From NCBI GenBank assembly GCA_964393205.1, contig CAYMSV010000003.1, positions 34,608-98,607 on the forward strand: DNA of 64,000 nt, given 5' to 3'. The notes under the pieces were generated by a model. That model saw only the letters and a program-made list of their open reading frames with translations. It searched no databases and had not been told where the DNA came from. Made by a program: the position numbers and the translations under genes. Below, piece after piece: positions 18,369-27,193 of this stretch; within the stretch, counting starts at the first letter, position 1; each line of letters starts with the position of its first letter. The stretch comes from an uncultured Pseudomonadales bacterium (GTDB lineage Bacteria > Patescibacteriota > Microgenomatia > UBA1400 > PJMF01).

Positions 18369-19296
18369 AAAACAGGGTGGTTGGGTTAATACTCACAGTC
18401 ATTTAGATAGAGCTTATACCATTACCCCTGAATCTTTAAAACTAGGTGATGAGCATTTGCATAAAAAATGGGGGCTAGTTGATGAGCTTAAAAAAAGTTC
18501 CAGTGTTAAACAAATCTACGATAGAATGGCTTTTGCTTTGGAAAGACAGTTAGAGCAAGGAGTAACCGTCTTGGCTAGTTTTATTGATGTTGATGAGGTA
18601 GTAAAAGATAAAGCCATGAAAGCGGCTCAAAAATTGAAGGAAAATTATCAAAAAGATTTAAAATTAGTTTTTATTAACCAAGCACTGAAGGGAGTTTTAA
18701 ATCCTAAAGCTAGATTTTGGTTTGAAGAAGCACTGAGCTTTGTAGACATTATTGGTGGCTTGCCAGGTAAAGATGCTGGTCAAGAAACTAAGCACCTAGA
18801 TATTTTATTTAGTTTGGCTAAAAAACACGACAAAATGGTTCATGTCCATGTCGATCAACTCAATACTCCTCAAGAAAAAGAAACTGAGTTGTTGATTAAA
18901 AAAACTCAAGAACATGCTTTGCAAGGAAAAGTGGTTGCTGTTCATTCCGTTTCTTTGGCTGCTCAGAAAGCCAAATATCGACAAAAAATTTATCAAGAAA
19001 TGCAAAAAAACCAGTTAATGGTGATAGTTTGTCCCTCAGCTTGGATAGATAGTCGACGCTCAGAAGAATTGGCGGTGACTCATAACGCCATTGCTCCAGT
19101 TGAGGAGTTGCTTGAAGCCAAAATTCCAGTAGCCCTTGGTACAGATAATATTGCTGATATTTACAAACCCTTTACAGATGGGGAGATGTGGATAGAACTG
19201 CGTTTTTTGCTAGAGACTTGTCATTTTTATGATATTAAACAACTAGCAAACATTGCTACTATAAATGGTAGAAAAGCTCTTGGTCTAAGCACTTGA
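18316..19296 (+). CDS. Metal-dependent amidohydrolase (cytosine deaminase-like)
   Basis: NTHSHLD, HVHVD, AVH and LGTDN motifs; SD AAGGA before the ATG at 18316. Confidence 0.85.
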   Translation: MKKKQNWNLKNLVLEKIKKQGGWVNTHSHLDRAYTITPESLKLGDEHLHKKWGLVDELKKSSSVKQIYDRMAFALERQLEQGVTVLASFIDVDEVVKDKAMKAAQKLKENYQKDLKLVFINQALKGVLNPKARFWFEEALSFVDIIGGLPGKDAGQETKHLDILFSLAKKHDKMVHVHVDQLNTPQEKETELLIKKTQEHALQGKVVAVHSVSLAAQKAKYRQKIYQEMQKNQLMVIVCPSAWIDSRRSEELAVTHNAIAPVEELLEAKIPVALGTDNIADIYKPFTDGEMWIELRFLLETCHFYDIKQLANIATINGRKALGLST

Positions 19297-19345
19297 GGCT
19301 GTCGGCTTAGTAAAAAGACGCTATAATAAACAAGTTTTTTGATAA

Positions 19346-19428
19346 GGAGGTGTCGCATAGCGGTCAATTGCACACGCTTGGAAAGCGTGAGCCTCACGGC
19401 TTCAAGGGTTCGAATCCCTTCACCTCCG
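19346..19428 (+). tRNA. tRNA-Ser(GGA)
   Basis: GGAGGTG/CACCTCC acceptor, CACGC-TTGGAAA-GCGTG anticodon arm, long variable arm, TTCGAAT T-loop. Confidence 0.94.
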
Positions 19429-19439
19429 CAAAGCGCCAG

Positions 19440-19466
19440 CCTGGCGGATGGCCCACGAGCCACCGC
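19440..19466 (+). repeat. Conserved GC-rich trailer hairpin after tRNA-Ser, copy 2
   Basis: CCTGGCGGATGGCCCACGAGCCACCGC. Confidence 0.85.
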
Positions 19467-19605
19467 ATCCTGGGATTTGAACTATAGCGACGTCATTATT
19501 TTTTTGGCTAATTGTTTTTTTATTTTTTTAAAAAATTATATATTGTGATATACTATGAGCTGTTGTTGATTTAACCAATCTTTCATTCTGTTTAGGAGGT
19601 GTATC

Positions 19606-19824
19606 GTGGGTTTTAGGAAAGAGGATCGAGAATCAGCGAACAGCAAGTTTCACAATGCGTGTAAAGCTGCAGGTCTTTCAGAACAAGAGCGAAGGGCTTT
19701 CAGCGAATACATGCATAACAAGAACTTACTCAGGGATTATATGAGTTACGACGAGATTAAACGTCTCGCCACAGAGTGGAAAGGCCGTAGCGGCTACAAT
19801 CCATATCATCGTAATAACCGATAG
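19606..19824 (+). CDS. Small hypothetical protein
   Basis: Strong SD AGGAGGT before GTG; terminator GAGGGCAG/CTGCCCTC downstream. Confidence 0.7.
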   Translation: MGFRKEDRESANSKFHNACKAAGLSEQERRAFSEYMHNKNLLRDYMSYDEIKRLATEWKGRSGYNPYHRNNR

Positions 19825-19880
19825 TAAGTTCATCAACTGAGGGCAGTAAAATCTGCCCTCTTTTACTTTAAAAAGTCGAG

Positions 19881-20348
19881 CTAATCAATTTCATGAAAAA
19901 AAGCTATTTGACAGTTATCTATTTGTTTCGCCAATGTTATCTCCTTTTTCTTATTATTAGAGATGGAAATAAGACCAAAACGATTAGGTAAAACATTTAT
20001 GACACTTTGATCATTGAATATAATTGATACAGTTTTGGCTGTTTTACTAAATCTAAATTCAGTAATTTCTTTAATTTTATTTTTTAGTTTTTGCTCGACA
20101 AAAATTTCAATTCTCTTATACAACTGCAGGGCTGTTTCATTATCATCTTTAAACTCAGTCATAAACAAATAATCATTGCTATCATAATTCCAAATACCAT
20201 CTATAGTAATTGTTAGTTTTTCATCATTCTTATCTTTTAAGATGAAATACAGTTCCGTTCCGGCCGCCTTAAATAAATCTACTATTGGTAGACCAATAGC
20301 TGAATCGAAAGCTTGTTTATATTCTTCTGTAGTAATCTTTTTTTGCAT
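19881..20348 (-). CDS. Hypothetical protein
   Basis: ORF track; no motif recognised. Confidence 0.6.
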   Translation of the reverse strand: MQKKITTEEYKQAFDSAIGLPIVDLFKAAGTELYFILKDKNDEKLTITIDGIWNYDSNDYLFMTEFKDDNETALQLYKRIEIFVEQKLKNKIKEITEFRFSKTAKTVSIIFNDQSVINVLPNRFGLISISNNKKKEITLAKQIDNCQIAFFHEID

Positions 20349-20456
20349 GCCTTAATTCTATACTATTTAGTCAAGAAAGATAATTCAAAGAAAATAAAAC
20401 ATTTACTTTCTATACTGTCCCATTTGTCTCATTTTGAGTATAATTAACTCTAGAAA

Positions 20457-20506
20457 GGTGTAGGTGGCTATGGGACACCCTGGTTCCAGACCCACCTGCT
20501 CCGCAA
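20457..20506 (+). ncRNA. Putative ~50-nt tRNA-minihelix-like RNA; contains boundary repeat copy 1
   Basis: GGTGTAGGTG pairs with CACCTGCTCC; internal GGG-ACA-CCC; GG-TTCCAGA-CC T-loop-like hairpin; ends G-CAA; TATAAT 13 nt upstream; GC-rich within AT-rich DNA. Confidence 0.5.
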
Positions 20507-20563
20507 TAATCCAAAAATTCTGATAGACCCGTCTAATAATGCTAAAGGTCTTGATGAATCTTG

Positions 20564-20592
20564 CTAAAAATCTCCAATTTGGAGATTTTTTA
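20564..20592. terminator. Hairpin or terminator at the left end of the element
   Basis: CTAAAAATCTCCA-ATT-TGGAGATTTTTAG perfect 13-bp inverted repeat. Confidence 0.55.
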
Positions 20593-20650
20593 GTTTTAGA
20601 GCCCAGAATAAATGATTTCTTTACTTATATTGATATATAATCTGAATCAT

Positions 20651-21442
20651 ATGAGCGATCCCAATAAGTCTGATCATAAGAAAAATGTTTCTGAATTAAT
20701 TTCTGCTGGATCAGAAATAGTGGGAGCTGGAATTGGAGGTGTTACTGGATTTTTATTTGCTGGACCAGTGGGCGCAGCTGGTGCTGGAATTGGGGGAGTC
20801 ATAGTTGCAAAAACATTGAATAAAGTCGGCCAAGAAATATCAACCAGGCTTTTATCACCTAGAGAAAAAGTAAGAGTGGGAGGAGTTATGGCTCTTTCCA
20901 CACTAGAAATAGAAAAGAGAATCTCAGAAGGAGAGACCATACGCTCTGATGGTTTTTTTGATACCAATCCCAATGGAAGATCCAATGCTGATGAAGTTGT
21001 AGAAAGTGTTCTACTCAAAAGTCAAAGAGAACCTGAAGAAAAAAAACTTCCCTATCTTGCTCATTTATATGCAAATATTGCATTCAGCGAAGAAATCAGC
21101 ACCCCAATGGCTCATCAACTTATAAAAGGTGTTAACCAACTAACATATAGACAGCTATGCATTTTAAGATTGTGTGCAATGAAAAAAATCCCACTCAGAG
21201 AAAAAGACTACAGAGAAGAGTCTTCTTTCCCAAAAGAACTTTATCAAGTTTTATATGAATGTTTTGACTTATCCTCAAAAGGATACATAAATAATGGAAG
21301 CACAATTGCTCTTGGGCTAACTGATTTAATCCCAAAAGAAATGACTCCTCAAGCATTAGGAGCTGACATTCATAATTTCTTACAACTTTGGAATATTCCC
21401 ATGGAAGACCTCCAACCGATTATAGATCAATTAAAACAATAA
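20651..21442 (+). CDS. Hypothetical protein with Gly-zipper N-terminus (island cargo)
   Basis: GAGIGGVTG...GAAGAGIGG segment; helical C-terminus; family not securely recognised. Confidence 0.7.
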   Translation: MSDPNKSDHKKNVSELISAGSEIVGAGIGGVTGFLFAGPVGAAGAGIGGVIVAKTLNKVGQEISTRLLSPREKVRVGGVMALSTLEIEKRISEGETIRSDGFFDTNPNGRSNADEVVESVLLKSQREPEEKKLPYLAHLYANIAFSEEISTPMAHQLIKGVNQLTYRQLCILRLCAMKKIPLREKDYREESSFPKELYQVLYECFDLSSKGYINNGSTIALGLTDLIPKEMTPQALGADIHNFLQLWNIPMEDLQPIIDQLKQ

Positions 21443-22726
21443 CTGTTTATTCTTAAGTATAAATTTAGTTTTTATCATCCCCAACGCTTCCTGCCTATCA
21501 TCTGCTGATCCAGTTTTAAGTACATGTTTTAGATAGTTTATTGCCATCCCTTCATCATTAATTTTAACTGCTGAATTTTCCATTTCTTCCAAATTCCCAG
21601 ACAAATATTCTTGGTGTAAAACTTCTGATCTTAGTTTATGGAATCTCTCTATATCTGCCTTAAGTTTTTTAGCAATTTTAGTCTTAACTATTTTTATATT
21701 TCCAGCATTAATGTGAGCCAAAAGTTGGCTTATCAAATCTTCCTCAGTGATATAAGGTTCATCACAATCATAATTAACTGATCTGCCACAATGATAGTAA
21801 ATGTATTTCCCATAACCCCCATATTTAAGTTTTTTGTATTTAACTTCTGCTGTAACACCTCCACCACATGATCCACAAGTACAAAGTGTTTTAAATGGAA
21901 ATTTCTTTTTATGCCAATTCTTTGGTGGCACTTGAAGTTGCTTTTGTACTTTATCCCACAATTCTTTACTGACTAAAGGTTCATGAATTCCTTTGTACCA
22001 TTCATCTCCATATTTAAACTCACCATAATAAAATGGATTTTTTAGAGTTGAATAAATTTTGCTTAAAGCCAATATCTTTCCTCTCTTTGTTTCGAACCCA
22101 ATTTCTTTAAACCATTTTCTGATTGTTCTACCACTATGTCCTTTTACAGCTACCCGTGTAAACATTTCCTTAATAACCCATGCTCTTTCAGGATCAGGTA
22201 TAACTTCACTGATTCTATTATTTTTCAAAATATTTAAATATCCAATTGGAGCTAACCCAGGTCTAATACCCATTTCACATTTAGCTTTAAGTCCTCGCTT
22301 AACATTAATCCCTCTATTATCATTTTCTAACTTCGCTTGTGAACAAAGAATCATTAATAGAAACTTTTCATTTGGATTATTTCTAAATATCTGAGATTTT
22401 GTTTTAATCTCTTGAAGCTTTCCTTGATCCATTAGATCCACCAAAGATCCTAAATCACCTGCATTACGACTTAATCTGTCAGGGGCCCAAGTAAGAATCC
22501 CATCAAAAACCCCTTTATCAATATCTTTTAAGAGTTTAATAAAAACTGGCCTTGTTCCTGATCTTTTAGCAGAATGACTCTCTTGTCTAATTTCAGTAAC
22601 ATTTAGTTGTTCACTTTCAGCTATTATCCTCATCTCTTTAATTTGAGAATCAATTGACATTGTTTGTCGTTCATCAGATTCAGAAGATTTTCTTGCGTAG
22701 AGACAATATTTTATATTTTTTTGCAT
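21431..22726 (-). CDS. Large serine recombinase (resolvase, recombinase and Zn-ribbon domains)
   Basis: YARKS catalytic Ser, DRLSRN, APIGY, NPFYYG..HEPLVS, CTCGSCG...YYHC. Confidence 0.95.
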   Translation of the reverse strand: MQKNIKYCLYARKSSESDERQTMSIDSQIKEMRIIAESEQLNVTEIRQESHSAKRSGTRPVFIKLLKDIDKGVFDGILTWAPDRLSRNAGDLGSLVDLMDQGKLQEIKTKSQIFRNNPNEKFLLMILCSQAKLENDNRGINVKRGLKAKCEMGIRPGLAPIGYLNILKNNRISEVIPDPERAWVIKEMFTRVAVKGHSGRTIRKWFKEIGFETKRGKILALSKIYSTLKNPFYYGEFKYGDEWYKGIHEPLVSKELWDKVQKQLQVPPKNWHKKKFPFKTLCTCGSCGGGVTAEVKYKKLKYGGYGKYIYYHCGRSVNYDCDEPYITEEDLISQLLAHINAGNIKIVKTKIAKKLKADIERFHKLRSEVLHQEYLSGNLEEMENSAVKINDEGMAINYLKHVLKTGSADDRQEALGMIKTKFILKNKQLLF

Positions 22727-22990
22727 TCTGTTCCTTTTCTAGTAGTAGAAGGTACCGCAAAAAAAGATGAAGTCAAGTCGTGGTTGAAACATTAAAAAAG
22801 ACTGATTTATAGTTATTTTTTATTAAAAATACTCTTGATTTTCTTTGCTAAAAATCTTATAATTAAGTAGTTAAAAAAAGGTAAACTAATAGAAAATATA
22901 CTCATGGAAAAAGGTTCAAAACTAATTAAAGATAATGATAAATTAATGTCTATGGATGGTTTAAACTCTAGCCTCTTGTCAAAAGATGAG

Positions 22991-23025
22991 TGTAAATGTA
23001 AAATCGACTCGATTTTACATTTACA
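22991..23025. repeat. Perfect 17-bp inverted repeat with 1-nt centre
   Basis: TGTAAATGTAAAATCGA-C-TCGATTTTACATTTACA. Confidence 0.9.
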
Positions 23026-23048
23026 GTAGAATTTTCAAAAATAATTCC

Positions 23049-24479
23049 CTATAAAAAATCAATAATTGGCACTTCTTCCTCCTTTAAGTCTTCTAAAAAC
23101 TCATAAACTAATTGAGAAAATGAATCTGCTAAATCATCATATTTTTCACTTCCAAAATACAAAATTTGATTAATTAATTCTTCTGCTCCTTTTTTAGGAA
23201 ATCTAACCTTTCCATTTTTGATCTGATAAGAAGCTGATGATAATCTTTCTCTTTTATCACGACCTCCTGTTGTCAAACCTCTAACTGGTAAACCTTCTCT
23301 CTCCATACTTTGAATTAACCCTGCCTGCTGACCCGCTTCTTCAACAACAATTTCAACTGGAGCTAAATCTTTTAAAGAAAAAAACATTACTTTAACTTCT
23401 TCAATTAAATCAGGCATTCTTATTCGTTTATTTGTTGGAAACGGATGAATATATATTTTAGCTGACTTTCCTTTACCAACAACTGAACCAACAGTAATGG
23501 CTACATTATCTCCAGTACTTTTTTGACTAAAAGCAGGATCAATACTAATAATAATTCTAGAAACATTTCTTTCAGGTAATTCATCATAAAACTGTAGCCA
23601 TTCTTCTTTAACAATTTGCTCGTCATCAGCAATAATCTTCAACATATATTCTCTTTGAAAATCAGTATTAGTTACTTTGTTTTTTAATCTAACGATTGAG
23701 ACTTCATCTGGATATTTACCAAACCATAAACTCTTGCCTTCTAATAAGAGAGAGTACTCTCTATATTCACCATCAAAAGTTCCTCCCAAAATAGATCTTT
23801 TCATTCTCATCATTACTGAATCGTTATGAACCAAGTTCCCAATCATTACTACTTTGGTATTTTTATCTCCAGATGGAATTAATTCTGAATTCAAAAATTC
23901 CCAAGCCTTCTTTCTCCCTTCAGCTGTTTTTGCAGAAGCAACATCTTCAATATCATCAGCCACAATTAAATCAGGTCTAAACTGACGATGACGAAAACCT
24001 CTAATTTTTTCAGATATAGAAACGGCTGTAATACGAGCCTGTTGTTTAGTAAAAACCAAACTAGAACTACTCCATTCAGCAAGATCCTTTGGAAATGGAC
24101 CAAAATCATTTATCAAAAGCTGATTATTTTCACACTCCTGTCTAATGTTATCCAAAGCCTGTTGAGCTCTTGTCTGTGTTTGATTAACTAACACTACAAA
24201 ATTCTTTTCCTTACGACTTAAGATCATCCATAAAGGATAAATAAGCTGACAATAAGTAGACTTGGCACTTCCACGAAAAGCTACAATCACTAAAAATCTA
24301 ACAGCATCATTTTGTAAAAGCTGTAGCATCTCTTTATGAAAATCTGCTATTTCATATTCAATATAATGTGGGAAGTAAATCACAAAAAACCAAAGAATAT
24401 CCTGCTTTGCCAGCTTCTTTCTGAGTTTTTTATTTTTCCTAACTTCTAAAATTAATTCTTGTGTAATTTTTTCTTTCAT
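23049..24479 (-). CDS. Phage terminase large subunit
   Basis: Walker A AFRGSAKST, Walker B LIVADDIED, RNase H-like IDPA...EE...DDLADS. Confidence 0.9.
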   Translation of the reverse strand: MKEKITQELILEVRKNKKLRKKLAKQDILWFFVIYFPHYIEYEIADFHKEMLQLLQNDAVRFLVIVAFRGSAKSTYCQLIYPLWMILSRKEKNFVVLVNQTQTRAQQALDNIRQECENNQLLINDFGPFPKDLAEWSSSSLVFTKQQARITAVSISEKIRGFRHRQFRPDLIVADDIEDVASAKTAEGRKKAWEFLNSELIPSGDKNTKVVMIGNLVHNDSVMMRMKRSILGGTFDGEYREYSLLLEGKSLWFGKYPDEVSIVRLKNKVTNTDFQREYMLKIIADDEQIVKEEWLQFYDELPERNVSRIIISIDPAFSQKSTGDNVAITVGSVVGKGKSAKIYIHPFPTNKRIRMPDLIEEVKVMFFSLKDLAPVEIVVEEAGQQAGLIQSMEREGLPVRGLTTGGRDKRERLSSASYQIKNGKVRFPKKGAEELINQILYFGSEKYDDLADSFSQLVYEFLEDLKEEEVPIIDFL

Positions 24480-24480
24480 T

Positions 24481-24891
24481 TCAATCCTTACTGCTCATTA
24501 AACTGAGTGCTTTTTTATAAATTTCTTTTTCTTCTTCAGTTAATTCTTCTGACTCCTCTGATTCATGAAAAAGTTTGACCCTATTCTCATAAGCCTGTCT
24601 GTGATGCTTTAACCAAAAGATTATGGCAGTCATATTTTCATCTCGTATTTGATTTATTAATTGAGACTCTGCCATATCAGATATTAGCTCTGTTCCTTCT
24701 TGTAAAGCTTTATTAGCTTCCTTAGAAAATTCAGGGTCATCCTTCCTCCAACGATAGTAGGTTGCCCTGGATATTCCTGCTTTTTTACAAGCTATTTGAA
24801 TTATTGGATTCACTTTTAATTTATCGATAATAAGTTTCTTATCATTAATAATCCTTTCCTCAATTGGAGTTAATACTTTTGTATTTGTCAT
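24481..24891 (-). CDS. Putative terminase small subunit (HTH)
   Basis: IQIACKKAGISRATYYRWRKDDPEF HTH, AIIFWLK; directly upstream of terL. Confidence 0.8.
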   Translation of the reverse strand: MTNTKVLTPIEERIINDKKLIIDKLKVNPIIQIACKKAGISRATYYRWRKDDPEFSKEANKALQEGTELISDMAESQLINQIRDENMTAIIFWLKHHRQAYENRVKLFHESEESEELTEEEKEIYKKALSLMSSKD

Positions 24892-26210
24892 TGAATTAGC
24901 TTTGCTTTTTTACCTGTTAACTTTTCCCAACGATTCTTAATAACTTCTGCATAAATTGGAGATTTTTCCATGATGTTGCATCTTCTCTTCATCTTTTGAG
25001 AAGCGATTAAAGTACTACCACTACCACCAAATGGCTCTACAACTAAATCTCCACGCCTGGTTAAAACTTTAAGATAAGGGATTAAAATCTCAATTGGTTT
25101 TGTACCAAAAATAATTCCTTGTCCCGATTGTTTCTCATCACAAGCTTTAAATTCAATGAAATCAGTCGGTTGGATTTTCTTACCCTTGTTGTAACCTTCC
25201 CAGTGAGGCTTCCCGTTAATTGCAAACAAAGCCGTTTCATATTCATTCTGCAAAAGGTTATCTGATTCTGAATCTAAATCTAACTGTTTGCTTTCTGAGC
25301 TCCCAACCATAGCAATATCATGCTTTGAAAAAAACTTGTGTTGAGAAGCAAATCCTTGATGCCTATTTGGTAAATGCCAAACCAACATATTACGAACTTT
25401 CCAATGTCTTTCCATTTCTCCCCAAATAGTTCTGATGTTTTTCCAATTTTCATAAACAATAATACTAAAATCATCTTTGGCTATTTTAGAAATATTCCCC
25501 ATCCACTTTTCGGTGAAATCTGGTGGTAGAACGTCTGTCTCAAGATATTTTCTATTTTTCTTAGCCCCAAATCCTTCAGTTGGTTTTCCATGTCTTTTAG
25601 CTTTTAGATAATCAAGAATGTAGGGAGGATCAGTCAGACACATATCTGCTTTTTCTTTATTCATTAATTTAAGAAAATCAGCTTCAATTGTTGAGTCTCC
25701 ACACATTAACTTGTTTTCACCCAGCTGCCAAACATCACCTTTTTTAATTTTGATTTCATCTATTTTTAATTTCTGGAGTTCTTTCTCAAGATCAAAATCT
25801 TCTGGATTATCTTCTGTTAGAAAAACTTCATCTATCTCTTCACTAGAAAATCCAACATCAGAAAGAAAAGCCTCATCAAACTCAGCCAATAAATCAAAGT
25901 CCCAGTCACCAGTATTTTTATTAAGCCTTAGATTGAGTTCTTTTTCTTTTTTAATCTCTGGAAGATTGATGAAAACCACAGGAACTTCTTTAAATCCCAA
26001 ATCCTTTAAAACTTTTAAGCGAAAATGGCCTCCTATAACTATATTCTTTCTACCTGGAGCTGAGTTAACTAAGAGTGGATCAACAACTCCAAAACGCGAG
26101 ATGCTTTCTTTAAGATCATTGCTAGCTTCTTCACTCCAAGTTCTTGGGTTATATGGAGCTGGATTTAACTCTGATACTTTAATTTCTACTATATTCAGTT
26201 TATTTTTCAT
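24888..26210 (-). CDS. ParB-N domain fused to N4/N6 DNA methyltransferase
   Basis: N-terminal PYNPR...GGHFR ParB-like domain; TDPPY and EPFGGSGST methylase motifs. Confidence 0.92.
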   Translation of the reverse strand: MKNKLNIVEIKVSELNPAPYNPRTWSEEASNDLKESISRFGVVDPLLVNSAPGRKNIVIGGHFRLKVLKDLGFKEVPVVFINLPEIKKEKELNLRLNKNTGDWDFDLLAEFDEAFLSDVGFSSEEIDEVFLTEDNPEDFDLEKELQKLKIDEIKIKKGDVWQLGENKLMCGDSTIEADFLKLMNKEKADMCLTDPPYILDYLKAKRHGKPTEGFGAKKNRKYLETDVLPPDFTEKWMGNISKIAKDDFSIIVYENWKNIRTIWGEMERHWKVRNMLVWHLPNRHQGFASQHKFFSKHDIAMVGSSESKQLDLDSESDNLLQNEYETALFAINGKPHWEGYNKGKKIQPTDFIEFKACDEKQSGQGIIFGTKPIEILIPYLKVLTRRGDLVVEPFGGSGSTLIASQKMKRRCNIMEKSPIYAEVIKNRWEKLTGKKAKLIQ

Positions 26211-26389
26211 AAACTTTCCTTTACTAAAAGATCTTTTTGATACTAATTTGATCTTCTAATAATATTGTAAAAATATTCTTTGGTTTTTTTCCCAAATTGC
26301 TTTTTTAGCCTGATAATAAAAAAGCACTCTCAATTGAGAGTGCTTAAAAAACTTTTATTTTATAACTTAAAGTTAAAATTTAGTTAAAA

Positions 26390-26812
26390 TTATCTGTATT
26401 CTTTATCAAAATCAATAATCTCAATCTGTTCATTACCCCAAGCATCAGTATATATCAACCTATATCCACCACCATCCATTCTTGTCTCATACTCTACAGG
26501 AGTTGAAACAAAACATTCCCGGGTAATATCAAAAAAGTTTGAATCATAATTATCTAAAGATTCAAGCTTCTCAATCATTCCTTCCAAAGAAACTGGAATA
26601 GTATAAAACCAAGCTTCATATAAATTTATGACTGCCTTGTATTCTCCAAGACAAGAAACCTTAACTTGCTGTTCAGAATCCTTTAAAGCCTCTTGTTTTT
26701 TTGAAAACTTATAAAAATTAAAAGCTTCTTTAACAATTAAAACTAATACTAATATTCCAATTATTATAAATATTTTTGAAATTGGCCTTTTTATACTCAT
26801 TTTCTTAAACAT
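26390..26812 (-). CDS. Membrane-anchored hypothetical protein
   Basis: N-terminal TM helix; hairpin AAGCACTCTC/GAGAGTGCTT downstream. Confidence 0.65.
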   Translation of the reverse strand: MFKKMSIKRPISKIFIIIGILVLVLIVKEAFNFYKFSKKQEALKDSEQQVKVSCLGEYKAVINLYEAWFYTIPVSLEGMIEKLESLDNYDSNFFDITRECFVSTPVEYETRMDGGGYRLIYTDAWGNEQIEIIDFDKEYR

Positions 26813-26921
26813 ATTCCCCTTCTATAAATGCTATTTATTAACATCATTTTATCTGTATGTCTGTGAAAATGCTAGTTATAAACTGTAGAGTCGACAACAT
26901 CATTTCATTAATCTGATATTA

Positions 26922-27152
26922 ATGAAACAAACACACAAACCAAATACAAACTTGAGAAGGAAATTTGGGAAAAGAGTTAGACAATTAAGAGATGATTTGG
27001 GATATTCACAAGAAGAACTAGGATTCAAAGCTGACCTACATAGAACTTACATTGGCTCGATAGAACGAGGAGAACAAAATGTATCTTTGGATAATATAGG
27101 AAAATTAGCTAAAGTTCTCAAGACCTCTCTTTCAGATCTTTTTGATCTATAA
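26922..27152 (+). CDS. XRE-family HTH regulator (R-M controller C-protein-like)
   Basis: SQEELGFKADLHRTYIGSIERGEQNVSL. Confidence 0.9.
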   Translation: MKQTHKPNTNLRRKFGKRVRQLRDDLGYSQEELGFKADLHRTYIGSIERGEQNVSLDNIGKLAKVLKTSLSDLFDL

Positions 27153-27193
27153 ATCACCTTTAATCTAAAAATTTACAATCTATAATAACCTTT

